Shown here: positions 38,287-50,709 of the stretch, in pieces
Layout: every line of letters begins with the position of its first letter
How positions within the stretch are numbered: position 1 is the first letter of the stretch
NCBI GenBank assembly: GCA_029953675.1
Contig: JAMWBK010000001.1
Coordinates: 2,852,001-2,916,000 of the forward strand
Source: Rhodosorus marinus CCMP1338
Lineage: Eukaryota > Plantae > Rhodophyta
Length of the DNA: 64,000 nt
Direction of reading: 5' to 3'
Made by a program: the position numbers and the translations under genes
The notes under the pieces: generated by a model
Databases searched by the model: none
The model's input: the letters and a program-made list of their open reading frames with translations, nothing else
What the model was told of the DNA's origin: nothing

Positions 38287-38493
38287 CACATCCAATGGAT
38301 GGGTAAAGATCAACTCCTCCCATCCAATAGATGGGTAAAGATCAATCCTCCCATCCAATAGATGGGTTAAGATAATTTCATCCCATCCAATAGATGGGTA
38401 CAGATCATCTCAACCCATCCAATGGATGGGTAATGATCATCTTTTCCCATCCAATAGATGGGTAAAGATCATCCTCACCCATCCAATGGATGG
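38287..38493. repeat. Seven-unit 32-bp minisatellite with palindromic CCCATC-CAAT(A/G)-GATGGG core
   Basis: Cores at 38287, 38319, 38350, 38382, 38414, 38446 and 38478. Linkers are related but more variable (TAAAGATC...). Confidence 0.95.
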
Positions 38494-38783
38494 AGGAGAT
38501 GGGATTGGGATTGAAAATCTTTTGCTGACTGTCGGAGATTGCTTTCGTGTGGATGAAGCGATAGGTGCGTTGGGGATAAGGACGTGGAGGAGGATGGAGA
38601 TGGAGATGAGGTGGGGAAGGGATTGGTGACCGGATAAGTATTGTTTTGTGTGGTAGGATTGATTGATTGTGTGTGTAGAGGCTGGTTGGGAGGAACTCTG
38701 CTTGAGAAACCTTTTTTTTTGGGGGGGGGAGGGCGGAGAGTGGGGCGTGAGGTTTTTTTTTTTTTGTGGATAGCTTGGTTGAG

Positions 38784-39632
38784 ATGGAGGGGTTGGGATT
38801 TGTTGGGGCTGGAGCTACTGTGGGTGGGGGACTGAGGAGGTCTGGAGTGGTTTGTAGAGTGGAGGAAGGGGGTGTCGAGGTGTCGAGGCGGACAGTTTTG
38901 TTGTCGACTGTGAGTGTTGTGGGTGGGTTGTTGGGGGGTGCGCAGCAGGCGAGTGCTGACGCTGTTTCTGGGAGATCGGTGGTGAATGGGGTCTTGAGCG
39001 CGTATGGACTGCCGCAGATTCCTGATAAGGGTGGCTTTACCCCAATTCTGGAGGAGTATGGAAGCGATAAGATTGTGGAGTTTCTTTGTACGTCACAGCA
39101 GCTTGAAACTCCTTTCTATTGCGCAAACAGTTTTTCTGAACTCTTTTTCTTCCGCCTTGCTTTGGTAGATCCCAGTGCATGGCTCGTTACCAAAGAACAG
39201 TCTGGTATTGATCGACCACGGCTCAACCTAGATCGCGTAGTACCGACAATCAACATTGGCGACTACCGAAAAGCTGAATCGCTCGCATTCTACTCGACGC
39301 CGGCGTCCGGAAAGGACACCTTTGACGTACCCGTTGACAAGCTCGCTAAGATCGCAATCCAGCTTCCCAACCCAGACTACAGAATGCTAAAGGATAAGAA
39401 GATCGCGACGAACGGTTACCGCCTCACTTCGTTCAAATTCGATACGTACACGACGTCCGGGTATATGGGTGAGAGACGCGCTCTCGTTGCATCTACTGTT
39501 ATAGATGATACGGTCTTCCTCCTCGGAGGTGTTTGCAGCGAACTTCGATACAAGAAAATTGAGGAACTTCTACTCACCGCCATGGAGAATTTCAAGGTCA
39601 CCAAGGTCCAGAGCTTGAAGAACAAGGTATAG
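38784..39632 (+). CDS. PsbP-domain (PPD-like) thylakoid lumen protein, 2 exons, 255 aa
   Basis: Exons 38784-39087 and 39169-39632. Transit peptide MEGLGFVG..., twin-arginine SRRTVLL, hydrophobic stretch, ASA cleavage site. The splice restores the FLYPSAW motif; C-terminal RRALVASTV...YKKIEELL...MENFKV is PsbP-like. Confidence 0.8.
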   Translation: MEGLGFVGAGATVGGGLRRSGVVCRVEEGGVEVSRRTVLLSTVSVVGGLLGGAQQASADAVSGRSVVNGVLSAYGLPQIPDKGGFTPILEEYGSDKIVEFLCTSQQLETPFYCANSFSELFFFRLALVDPSAWLVTKEQSGIDRPRLNLDRVVPTINIGDYRKAESLAFYSTPASGKDTFDVPVDKLAKIAIQLPNPDYRMLKDKKIATNGYRLTSFKFDTYTTSGYMGERRALVASTVIDDTVFLLGGVCSELRYKKIEELLLTAMENFKVTKVQSLKNKV

Positions 39633-40398
39633 GACAACGGGCAACGACGCACCATCTGCTCCATGTGAACTGTTTCCTTTAATCTAATCGAAAGTTGCCT
39701 CGCTTGTACACACCAGACGGCTTGAAGAACTGCAGCAGCAGAAACGTATGACCAACACGCCTCTGAAACAGTCGTGAAGATCCAGAAAGGAAACAGAGAA
39801 ATCAACTGGCATTCTTTCTACATGAGAAAGCTGGTGGCGGTGATGTAAAAACAGTTATTTCTTCGGAGCGCTGATCTGAACGTTGATGACGAGCGGTTGC
39901 GCAGGTTTGGAGTTAACGAGGAGAGAGAGAGGGAGAGCCAAGTAGTTCCGTTTGGCCGGGGGGTTTTTCACCGGTATCATATCCACACGTGTTGTTTTGT
40001 TTAATCGTCACCAGAAAACCGTGAACAAAAAAGCAAAATTTACGAGGAAATCCTTGATTTTTTTTAGATGAGGGACAAGGAGCTCTGATTCGGAACCAAG
40101 CAGGGAAAACAGGTTTCACCAATAGACAAATCCCAACAAAAACAACAACAATGTCTCGTGACAAGATATGGAAAGGAAGACGAGCGCTGTCCTATCCGGT
40201 TGGCCTCCCCCCTCCGGGTTTTTGGCTGAGAGAAAGCCGGGCTAAGAATCACCCCAGACTTCCATCCCACCCTTTCCTTCTGTACCCATAAACTCTGGCC
40301 TTTCAAGAGCACACGTAAAAAGGCGCGACGTTGCCACGAGGTCTCTTGGGATTTTCCAAGACCAGCATAGCTAGAACTAGAGAATAAACCAGTCGAGG

Positions 40399-42852
40399 TT
40401 ACCCTCGCTCCAGCTCCGCGCCTTTATATTCCACGACATCCTTTGGCCCATCGAAGTTTTCAAGGCCGGCAACGACCTTGGCGTCAACGATCACGTCTCC
40501 TTGTTTCAAATCTCTGAGGAAGAATCCACCTTCAACCACATATCCGAAGACTGAAGGAGAGTTGGTACCAAACAAACAGGCAGTTAGAATCGATCTGGAG
40601 CGACCCGTTGAAAAGAGCCTTAGCTTAAGACGTACCCGAGTATCTTCCGTCGAGAAGGTTCCTTCCAGCGGGAGTGAGATCAGGTTCAAACAGAAACCAA
40701 AAGAACTGCGAGCTGCCAGAGTCTGCAGAAAACTCCTCACGTGCCTGGCCAAAAAAATACATAACAATCAGAGTTGAGCGACTGAATTCTATGACATGTC
40801 ACTCTGTTGCGATGCTCGCAATGTACCATGGCCATAGTTCCGTATGATGTAAACGGCAGTACTGTGTTCGCAGTTGCCCGGCCGTCATCCTCAAGCGTTA
40901 TTCCGTACGTGGGCGTTTTGTCTCCTCGAGCAAAGATCTCGAGCGGGATCTTTCGAATCTTTTCAGTCTTAGGATCGATGAAGCCGTCCTGTCGATTGTT
41001 GCAGTGGTCGGGGTTGAAGAGCCGAGACTTTTCTTCAGACCATGCATGCATACATGAAGAATTAGTGAACAAGTGAATTGCAACTCACCACATCACCAGC
41101 CGGATCACCGGTCTGGACCACAAACCCGTCGGAGCGAGTAATCTCCAGTTTGTTGTAGAAGCCGCGCTTGACCAGATCGACAAAGTTCCCGGCGGAAATC
41201 GGTGCATTATATCCGTCGACGACCTGGGACGACGACGATTGCAAGCAAAAAAAAAGAAGTGAGTCTACGGGGTAAGACGAAGCTGACTTAAACTCGCAAA
41301 CTGCAATACCATTGTCATCTTCGCTGTCTTGAACAGCTCTCCTTCAATATCAAACTTGCCGCCATCGACCTTCTTGAAGTTCATCTCCACCACTGCCCTT
41401 CCGAGCAACTTGGGGAGATCCTTATATTCCTCAGGAATCTCATAGGGGAACTTCTCAATCATCATCTGTTCCAATCTCCCGACTTCGCGGAGGATATCCC
41501 TCTGAAGGGAGATGACCTCATCGGAGCTCTTTGCGGCAACCAGGACTTTGAGCTCGTCCATACGACCCCTCACGCTCGCCAAAACCTCGCTGCCGCTCTC
41601 GCGCTTCCCTTCAGCAACAGCTTTCAAGATGTCATCGGACTTTTTGTCCAGCACCTTGATCGTCTTCTTCACGTCGTTTTCGATGGCATTCCATTTGAAC
41701 GCTCGAATGTCGTACGTAATCTCCTCTAGATTCGCCTGGATCTCCCGAATATTCTTCTCCTGCACCGGCAATCCCCATCTCAACAGCGACTCAGCGTCCT
41801 AATCAGCAATACCATTCCTCCGTCAGCAACTCAACCAGTCATGCGCAGTGTGAATACAATGCAAACCAACCACAATGGAGTATACCGATGCAAACCAAAG
41901 TAACCCAATGAACACCAAACCATACTCTTAAAACCTCTCTTTAAAGTACATTCATTAACTTATTTCAAACAAACGTTGAAATTCGACCCGATCAAAAGTC
42001 TATTATCCAATTACATCAACTAACACAGAATAAGCAGCAAAATTCACCAATGAACGGTTCACAAAATCCCGAATAAGAATATTTGACCAGTAACAGAAGA
42101 GCAAATGTAAGCAGTTCTGGTTGGCAGCATGAGCGGGATTGCTTCTCCGGTTGGAATGGGTTTGGGGATGGATCCGAACTCATTCACTTACCTTATTGAC
42201 TCTGCCTGAAGAGCTTTGGAAAGTAGACCCACCGTTTACTGTATTCCTGATCGCCTGCGCCTGCATTTGATCAACCCCGACGATAGCTGGTTGGTTGTTT
42301 TTGTTTTTTTTTCGTTGCAATCGGGAGAGCAGACAGGAACAGGGATTATCAGAGATCATGGAAAAAACAAATGTCGACTTTGGAGGGCTAATAGGTGATA
42401 TTATGAAGGGTGGCGGTAGTAGTGGTGGTGCGTCTCACCAGGACTGAATGCCAGGGCGGCTGCGATCGCGGAGGACAGGATGGCTTTCTTTATCCGACTG
42501 CCATCTTGAGGACTCTGCTGTCCAGCCTGACAGACAATGGGACTCGGTGCTCTTCGTTGAGTAACCTGCTGAACACCAATGGAAGAGTAATTGAAAGGGT
42601 AAGATGATGGGTTCGTATATGAGGCACCTGATTAGCGATATTCCATGACCATGTAAACGCACCGACGCTGGGTGAGAACCTTTCGATCCCGACGAAACCA
42701 ACTGCCCGGAGCTCAAAGAGTTAACAAAAGCCTAGAAGAAGAGTAAAACACACCACGTCAACCCCAACAAAACCAAAAAAAAACAAAAAAAAAACGTACG
42801 CGGATCTGATCAGACAAAAAAAAAAAAAAAAAGGCCTTACCAGGGACGACAT
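40399..42852 (-). CDS. CYP38: Thylakoid lumen cyclophilin CYP38/TLP40, 9 exons, ~449 aa
   Basis: Exons 42841-42852, 42663-42731, 42439-42565, 42192-42286, 41310-41798, 41089-41223, 40827-40988, 40636-40744, 40399-40550, phases consistent. MSSL|AFV transit peptide, AQA cleavage site, [58 protein letters not shown]. Confidence 0.94.
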
Positions 42853-43554
42853 CCTCCACACACCCAACTCTTAAAACCAAGACCGTTCCCTCACTAGCGC
42901 CCACCCCCCTCCCCCCCACAAAAATTCGTACTCAGACAACCCTCCTTCTCTCCTCGATCTTCTCAGAACAAAACAACCTTCTCCTTCTCATCCATAACAA
43001 AAGCCTTGCTTCAGATAGCACTAATAAAAAAAAACCTGCACAAGTTACACACAGCCCCAACCACTCACCCTCTTCCCTCTCCTCCTCCTTCCTCAATCCC
43101 CTTCTCACCTCTTGCACCCCCGATCGATATCCACACAATCCCGTCCGTTTCGAGAACGGGATTTATCAAACACCCTTTTTTTCTTTGGTAATCAATGAAA
43201 AACCGGTACCTATCAAAATAATATGAAAATAATTATATTATAAAGTTTTTATTATAATCCATGAATTCTTATCCACTAGTTATCGGTTATTATAGAATCT
43301 GGAGATTTCCTATCTAAAATATCTAAAAAATCAATATTGATGTGTGGGGAGCGGTGGAGGGGCGTTTTTGTGATTGAATTGCTCGATTGGATGGTTTGCT
43401 GTGGATGGAGAAGCTGGAGCTTGCTAATCTTTTGTTTAGATGGGTTATGGGACGCGTGCTTGTAGTGGCGAGGGGGGGGGGGGCGGGACCCTTTTTTTTT
43501 TGAGTTTTCCCCATTGTTTCTCTCGATAAGTTTTGCTTGTGGGTTTGGATAGAT

Positions 43555-44915
43555 GCGTTCTAGTGAACGCTGGGCACCCTACGCGGGCGCTTTCTGATCG
43601 AAAGTTTGGCCCGATGAAAAAGCGCTTCTGCGAGAAGTATTTCTGGGCTGCGGAATCCTCCCGGAGCTTTCCTCCTTGAAGATGTGGTACATGGAGAACT
43701 CTCATCTGTCCGAGATTGCACGGGTAGGCAGTTCGCTTCGGCTCCTCCAGACACTCTACTGGAATCGTCGGCAGCAGTCGCCTGTAGATGATACCTGTCG
43801 TGGCCATGGAAAGCACTGTCACCGTTCAGAAACGCTTCCCAGCGAGTGCAGAGCGTTCATTGAGCATCCTCCGGCGGGGAGCCCGAAGACCTCATATGGT
43901 AGGAGAACTTTAAATCAAAAGGTTGGGCTGCGAGCGATACAACGCAGGCTACGCCCCGAAACTCCGCCGCGGATTAATAGACTGGCCACCCTGCCAGCAG
44001 ACGAGGGGAAACCCCCCAGGAGACGCTCCAGAAGACGCAGGCGATTGGAGTAGTGGTTCTACACAACAAACTCTCTCTCGGGAGGCACACCATTCAGCAT
44101 TCCAACGCCTGGTTAACAATCCGCGCATCTCCGGCGAACATCGTGCTCGAATCAGGTCCGCGGCGGGCTCTGGATCGGGAGTCTGGTTGCGAGAACTGCC
44201 GACGTTGGAGCCGAAAAAGCTGAGCTCGATCGAAATGCAGGTAAATATCCGACAACTACTGGAGCTACCGATTCCGGGGCTGCGGACTACGGAAAAGTGT
44301 ACTCAGTGCCGTGGTAAACACGGTGCAAACGGAGTACAACGCTTTCATCATTGCCCCATGTCGACTGGCCTGTGGCAACGTAGGCATGACGAGATATGCA
44401 CGGAGATCGCAAGGTGGCTGAACAGGTGGAATTTTGTGGACATCGAGCAGGAGCCAGAGAAGTACTTTGAAAACTACGGGCTACGGCCAGACATCATTGC
44501 TACGCATCCGAGGACATTTCAACGGTATGCGCTGGACGTGGCGGTTGTGTCTCCTTTGCAAGGGAAGTATCTGAGGCGTAGTCAGGAGGAGAGTGGCTAT
44601 GCAGCAAGATGTGCAGAGAGGTGGAAGAAAGCGCACTACAAGGAGGCGATGACGATAGAACACACGGATGACGAGTTCATCCCAATTGCAATAGAAACAT
44701 TTGGGCGGACTGGACCGATGGCACAGGAGTTTCTGCGGGACAGCTGCAAGAATTTGTTGCACCGGAGCCTAGAACTGAGCGATATAAGATCGCAGATGAA
44801 CCGGCAATTTTGGCGAGCTAATGCCGAGATAGCGCTAGGCGCTTTGCGCGTAGACCAGTTGGAGAATCCACTGGTACCTGTTTTTTCTTTAGAACGTAGC
44901 ATGAGACCCCGGTAG
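43555..44915 (+). mobile_element. 5'-truncated CRE-clade non-LTR retrotransposon with CCHC zinc knuckle and restriction-like endonuclease
   Basis: Open frame 43923-44915: RARIRSAAGSGSGVWLRELP, CTQC...H...C, RRHDEI, RPDII...LDVAVVSP, AERWKKAHY, FIPIAIETFG. Upstream 43555-43920 resembles a decayed RT C-terminus (LGTLRGRFLIESL). No poly(A) tail or TSD found. Confidence 0.8.
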
Positions 44916-45949
44916 CGGGGTTCGAGTAAGTATTCCCCTAGATAGCGATAGAAGTAGTGTTACGCTGCAGTAGGCAGCTGCCCAGTAAAGCTTACGGTGA
45001 CATCGAATCCTATGAGAACGTCCACCACGCTCTGGACGCTACCGCCGTTCAGTTCGGACAAGTTTGCATTGCTCAATTATCGATCGGTGCATTTTAAAGT
45101 ACAGAGAAGCGGGGATATTGTCGGACTTCGTTACAATGCAAGAAATTTTTGCTGTCCGTTAGGCGTGGCAATGCCCAGAATGCTTCGCATTGGCCACCGT
45201 GCGGGCCTTTTGTCACCCTCACGATCCATCAAGCCAAGACACACATGGCTGCGGGCATAAGGATGTAGTCCAACTCAGACCCACGGAGATCAGCCTCGTC
45301 GTAGACGATTTGCTTGAGACGAACTCGTCAGCATCTGAGACTAAACAATTCCTCGGGATACCTTCCTGCATCGACTTCTTTGGTTTACCAGAAAGCTAGC
45401 ACTGCACTGTAGAGAATGTGGGAAATGTAGACTGCTTGTCCTTGATATCTGTGAGCGGTTCTGAGGCGATTTAGCAGTTGCAACGCCATAAAGTCCCATT
45501 CCTATGGAAATCCATTTCGCGTCGCATTCGCTTGGGGTCTGGGTCCAGATGACTGGACAGCTTTTAGCAGTGGCCGTCACGCTTGTGAGCCACTGGGCAT
45601 CCATAGGCCCCCAAAGGCGACAAAGATGCAGTCTTCTGGGTCGGAGACGGCATTGCGGTGCCTCTTGATTACAAAAGCCGCCGTCCCTCGGACGGCGCTG
45701 TAGGGCGACTAGTACAACACCTCTTGATCAGATCAGCAACTCTACCTCGAGGATCTCTCCTCACAAAAGCATCCAAAACCCCAACGTTTGGCGCCGGCGG
45801 TACTTGGTCGCCGCGTGTATTACCGTGCCCGCCCTGATCTTCTTTCTCGAATGTATGCTTCTTTGAGTTTTGAGTGTCTCGCGCTTTGGCTCCGCCTTCG
45901 CTATCGAGGCGCCTTACTGCGCCCTTCCTAGCTCACTTCAATCGGGGAC

Positions 45950-46430
45950 AGTGGGCTCAGACTACAAACCGATCCGCGTGTCTAGTCAGGGACAGCAACC
46001 CTGAGAAGAAGAAGATTCGACGAAACCGAGAGAACAGACCTCTCAATTTAGGGCGGCAGCAGAATGGCAGGGCATGAAACTCAACGAAGAGAGGAAACGT
46101 GCGAGTGAGTCTCACCGCGATCACGAAAATGGTCCACATCTGGTTGTAGGAGCGGCTTTGGGGATCAACGCTGTCATTGGCCCGCGCTTCCAACACCTCT
46201 TTTATTTCGCCCTTTGGCGGAGTTTAGCGGTCCTCGCTGTTTGAGGCTTGTTCCTTGTGTAGCTCCTCGTTCTCGGGGTATCGAACCCTCGAACAAAGGT
46301 CCTGGAATAAGGTACGCTAAGTTAGGGCGGCTCTGAGCTTTGGGGTACGGCGAATAAACGCGACGATGTTGTTGTGAAGCGGTACGCGTTACCAAATCAA
46401 GGACATTCTGTTTTTAAGGATGTGTTACAC
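45950..46430 (-). pseudogene. Second degenerate copy of the unknown gene at 18780-19420
   Basis: Nucleotide similarity as above; NQMWTIFVIA vs ARLWYSFAIA before the shared splice site; an in-frame TAA in the exon. Confidence 0.35.
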
Positions 46431-46907
46431 GCTTCAGTACTTCCGTGATCTCAGAGTAGCTCGTCTCCGATCAACGCGCTTTGACTTGACCCTCACGGAC
46501 AAGGCCCGAAACGAGGCGCCTCTCCAGAACTCAGGCAGCGTTAAAGCGCCAGAGATTCAGATCTCAAGGAAGCATACAGTCTAGAAAGATGATCCAGGAT
46601 GTCACAGTAAAGACTCAAACCTCATATGCGTCCGCCGCCAAAAGCGACAACGCATTTCTTAGTACCTGTAGTACAGAAACATAACTTTAGAATTTCAATT
46701 TTAAAGGTTAGTACAAAACAGTGAGTACTAAGAACTCCGGTATGTGGGAAAAACTTTTGGTTTTCAAGGAGGTGGGAGGGACCGGGGAAAAGGCGAAGGA
46801 TGCAGGTTGCTATGAAGGGCTTTGGGAGGTTGAAGGGGAGATGATGTGATAGTTTGTGGGATGAATGCATCTTTAGTTTGGACTTTTTGTGGATTAAAAA
46901 TTCACTG

Positions 46908-49119
46908 ATGGGAACTAGGCTTGGATCTCAACGATCCGTAACGAGATCGACAGCTCCATCCACAGTGGAGCTTCTCTCGGAGCGGAAGGAGTGCATCAGG
47001 TATGTGTCGGCTCTTGAGGAGGGCCTTCAGTTGCTGGACGAGATGACTTCAACGATGGTATCTGGAGATAAAGAGGCATTGAGAGATTTTGATTTGGTTC
47101 TGAGGGCTCTTCGGAGGGTTAAGGATCCGTCCCTGCCATATACATTGGGCGTTCTTGGGGTTCCCCGGCAGCGGGTCGCCACGGCTCTGAGCGGGCAGGA
47201 GTTCGAGTTGGGAGAGTCAGCTTATGCAAAACTCTACGAAAAAGCTCATCCTAGGGAACGTCAATCGCCAAAGGAAGAAGTCGAGGTGAAGTCCTCTGGG
47301 AAAGCTGAGAACGAAGCCGCTGATGAGATAACCGTCGTCAAGTCCGAAGACGAGAAGGGTGGCAACGCCGCCACACCAGAGGAAACCCTCGATCAGAAGG
47401 CTGAAATTGGTACAGAAGACGAACACCCTGCTGATCATGGGGAACCAAAGGTTGCATCTGTTCAAGAGGACTCAAAACCCGACGACGATGAGATTGTAGC
47501 CCAGGGTGATGGAGAGAAGTCTGGCAAGGTATCAGCTCAATCAAGGTCTGAGGATCCATCGGAATCGAAAGGAGCTTCTGAGGATGCTCAGGATGTCAGT
47601 GGGAAACCATCTGAGGAGGATGAGCAACAGGAGGACGAAGGTGAAGGGAAGGAACCAGACACGGACGATCAGGAGCAGGAGCAAGTGCGGGCGAGCGGTG
47701 ATGAGGATGCTGAACCGGAGGAAGCAGCGGATGTTGTGCCAGCTGAGCCCGCTCCGAGAGGTCGTGGTCGAGGACGCGGACGTGGACGTGGCCGTGGGCG
47801 CGGATGGCGTGGGCGCGGAGGCTGGCGTGGGCGTGGTAGAGGAGCCGTTGCCCGGGAAGTTCCTGCTGTGCACGAACCCATATCGCTGCGTAAGAGGAAG
47901 GAAATTGAGCCGCGGGCGCTGAGGGGTAGCGAATCGCCAAAGCCAGGGCCGGCCTCGGAGAAGTCAGCGTCTGTGGTTGCGCCGACGCCAACGCCAACGC
48001 CCAAGCGCGGAAGGCCGGCCAAACGACCGCGCGTTGAGGAAGTGGAGGTTGCGGAAACGCCAAGCAAGGATGCGGAAGAAGAGACGCCAATTCGGCCTAG
48101 GGGACGTGGTCGACCCAGCCGTGGGAGAGGTCGACACGTGTTGGTCGTCCCCATAGATCATTCTCCAATGAAGACTCCGTCCGCCGTACGAACGAGTGCA
48201 AGAGCAGCTGGAGAGAAGCCAGGAGGTGGTGACTCTGCACACTTTTCAAAAGAGGGCGATCTCGCGAGGCGGCTGCAGGACGTCTGGAAGGAAATCTCAA
48301 ACCACAAGTACGCCATTCCGTTCAGGAAGCCGGTTAAATCATCGGATGCACCGAACTACTACGATGTGATCAGGCGGCCAATGGACCTCTCGACAGTGAA
48401 GAAGATGTTAGACGAGGGCAAGTTTCCGAATCCCTCAGATTTCCAAAAGGAAATGCTACTAATATGTAGCAACGCCATCCAGTTCAATCCGAGGGGATCT
48501 GATATCGAGGAGATCGCTCGAGAGCTAAGGGTAAGAGCTCTCTTCCAAGTTGTTTTCTGGTGAATGTTCAGCAAGTTGCAGTCATCTGAAGACCTTTGCT
48601 CCGGCCTCTCCTTCTCTCTCTCTCTCTGTCTCTGGTGTGCAGTTTTTAATAATAGAAAAAATGAGACCAGTGATTGAGGCTTGGAAGGACCGGGACAGTT
48701 CAACACATGTTCCGAAGGAGTCTCCACCGCCGCAGAAAGCCAAGGAGACTCCGGTGCCGATGAAATCAGAGGATAAGGATCCAGGTGGTTCCAGGTACCC
48801 TCGTCGTGGGAGAACGCCCAAGAAAGGAGGTGACGACGAATCCACGCCGAATCCTTCCGTGTCTTCACCTGGGCTGAGCTCTGCAAAGTCGGGAGAGGTT
48901 GAGACAGACGCTGAGGAGCCGAGGCGAAGTCAGCGACGGTCTGCAAGCCCTTCGAGGAGAGTCACTGCAAGCTCCCCACGCCATGCAGCCCCTTCTCCGC
49001 AGCCGAAGCCCGCGTCAAGCCCTCGAAAATCTGCAGCAGCAGCGAACCCGTACGCACGAACAGTAAGCACAAGATCGCACTCTACTCCTACACTTCGAAG
49101 AAGCAGTAGAGGCACATAG
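46908..49119 (+). CDS. Bromodomain protein (BRD8-like bromodomain) with acidic region, RG repeats and AT-hook-like motifs, 2 exons, ~699 aa
   Basis: Exons 46908-48530 and 48643-49119. ISNHKYAIPFRKPV...APNYYDVIRRPMDLSTVKK...ICSNAIQFN; PKRGRPAKR and RGRGRPSRGR. Confidence 0.88.
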
Positions 49120-49169
49120 ATGAACTGGGCCGGGGCATAGGACCCTTATGAGGAAATGGAAACCCTTAT

Positions 49170-50456
49170 CTGTCGTCGTGACAGTGGCTCAATGAGCTTA
49201 CCAACAGCGCGCCGAGTATTCGCTGCTCAAGCTTGTCCTGAGACACGAAGAAAGCTCGCTTCAAGCTGCAGGTTTTGCCTTCACTTACGAGCCTGGGATT
49301 CGTTTCTTTGCACCCTGGATTGGTCGAGATCATGAAGTGTGTTTGAGCGAAGGCAGCCACTTTATGAGAAGAGCAGCTTCTTATTGCTCTTCTGGGTTTC
49401 ACTGTCTCTCTCGCGAGACTCGTTTGATTTCAAAGGCGCTGAATCCACCACGGTTTACCCTCTGACTTCTTTCGCGGAATTATCCAGTTCATCGCTCGTT
49501 GAGCAGCTGAGGTTAATCCCGAGTGCCTGTATTGTTGTTGTAGCTTAGGCGCTATCCACGCCAATCGACCGCTTGTCTTAGGACAGTGCTGGACACTTAT
49601 TGTTCTTCTTTTTTTTCTATTATTACGCCGCATGACTAAACACTTTTCGGCGTGGGACGTCGCGCACTCGAATAAACTGGGAGGTTCACACGAGCTTTCC
49701 TCCATCCTGAACGCCCACTCCTAAAGCCAGAAAATAACACTGAACCTGGGGTAAGAGCGAGCGCTCGGTAATACCTGAGTTTGATTTGTGTAACGCCAAT
49801 CTTTCTCGGGGGAGGAAGATGAACAGCCCGACACACTGAACGCAACCGACACGAACCCATTCTCTTAGAAAATATCAGAAAACTTCACTTCTCCCCTTGC
49901 GCAAGGTCCCACCGACACCGAGTACCAAATCCATCCATCTTAGAGGAAGATCATGAGTCCATGAGAACCGATCCTCCTGACCAAGGCTTCCTACCCCAGA
50001 AGAGTCCTCGAGAGCAGGGGCTTATGTCCAAACCACCTACAGCACCACTCGTCCACGGGCTGTATATCTTTTCCCACAGCAGAAGAACGATCACGGACCC
50101 GGAGACCATGTAACAAGGATCATCGTTCTGCTTATTATGCCCTGAACGATCCGCCGGTCCTATCCAAGCAATCTACGCAGTTGACCAGAAGTACACCAAC
50201 TTGTCTAGTGCCTTGCTGCTTTTGAAAACTCCAGAACGCAGACGGGGAGGTAGGTGGATGGATCCATTCCATTCCCAAAAGGCTCATAGTCGGTTAGGCC
50301 GAAACAAACAAAACCTCCTTCTCGTCCAGTTCGGCGTGGCCAACTGAGAGTAAGGAGGGATATAGTAGCTTCCTTACTCCCTGTTTCCTGGTGTTTCATC
50401 AACAGGCTGTCCATCTTCCTCGGGAGGGCGAGGGAGGAGGAAGAGGATGGATCCAC
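49170..50456 (-). CDS. Possible multi-exon hypothetical gene
   Basis: ATG at 50456 downstream of a G/T-rich leader, followed by several GC-rich blocks bounded by plausible GT/AG sites. I could not build a unique model or recognise a domain. Confidence 0.25.
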
Positions 50457-50709
50457 ATTGCCGGTCAGAATCTCAACGGAAAATTTCGATCTGGGAAACG
50501 GTGTGAATTTTTTTTTTTGGCATTCGTACCTGAAAAACCTTTTGGAGTGTGTCCAAACCCGTTTTGGGGAGACATTGCGGAGAGGGAAGGAGACGTGGGA
50601 GGAGCAGGCTTTCTGTGGTGGTTTTTTTGGGGGGGGGGTTTTGTTGTTTGGTGGTGGTGGAGCTGCTGCTTGACTGAGTTTGTTCAGGGGATTTTTGGTT
50701 TTTTTTTAG

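Noticed and set aside
38287-38493. CRISPR-like array of palindromic repeats
   Set aside because: Linkers are only ~15 nt and homologous to each other, there are no cas genes, and the context is a eukaryotic nuclear genome.
44916-45100. Poly(A) tail or target-site duplication of the CRE-like element
   Set aside because: None is visible, so the 3' boundary is undefined.
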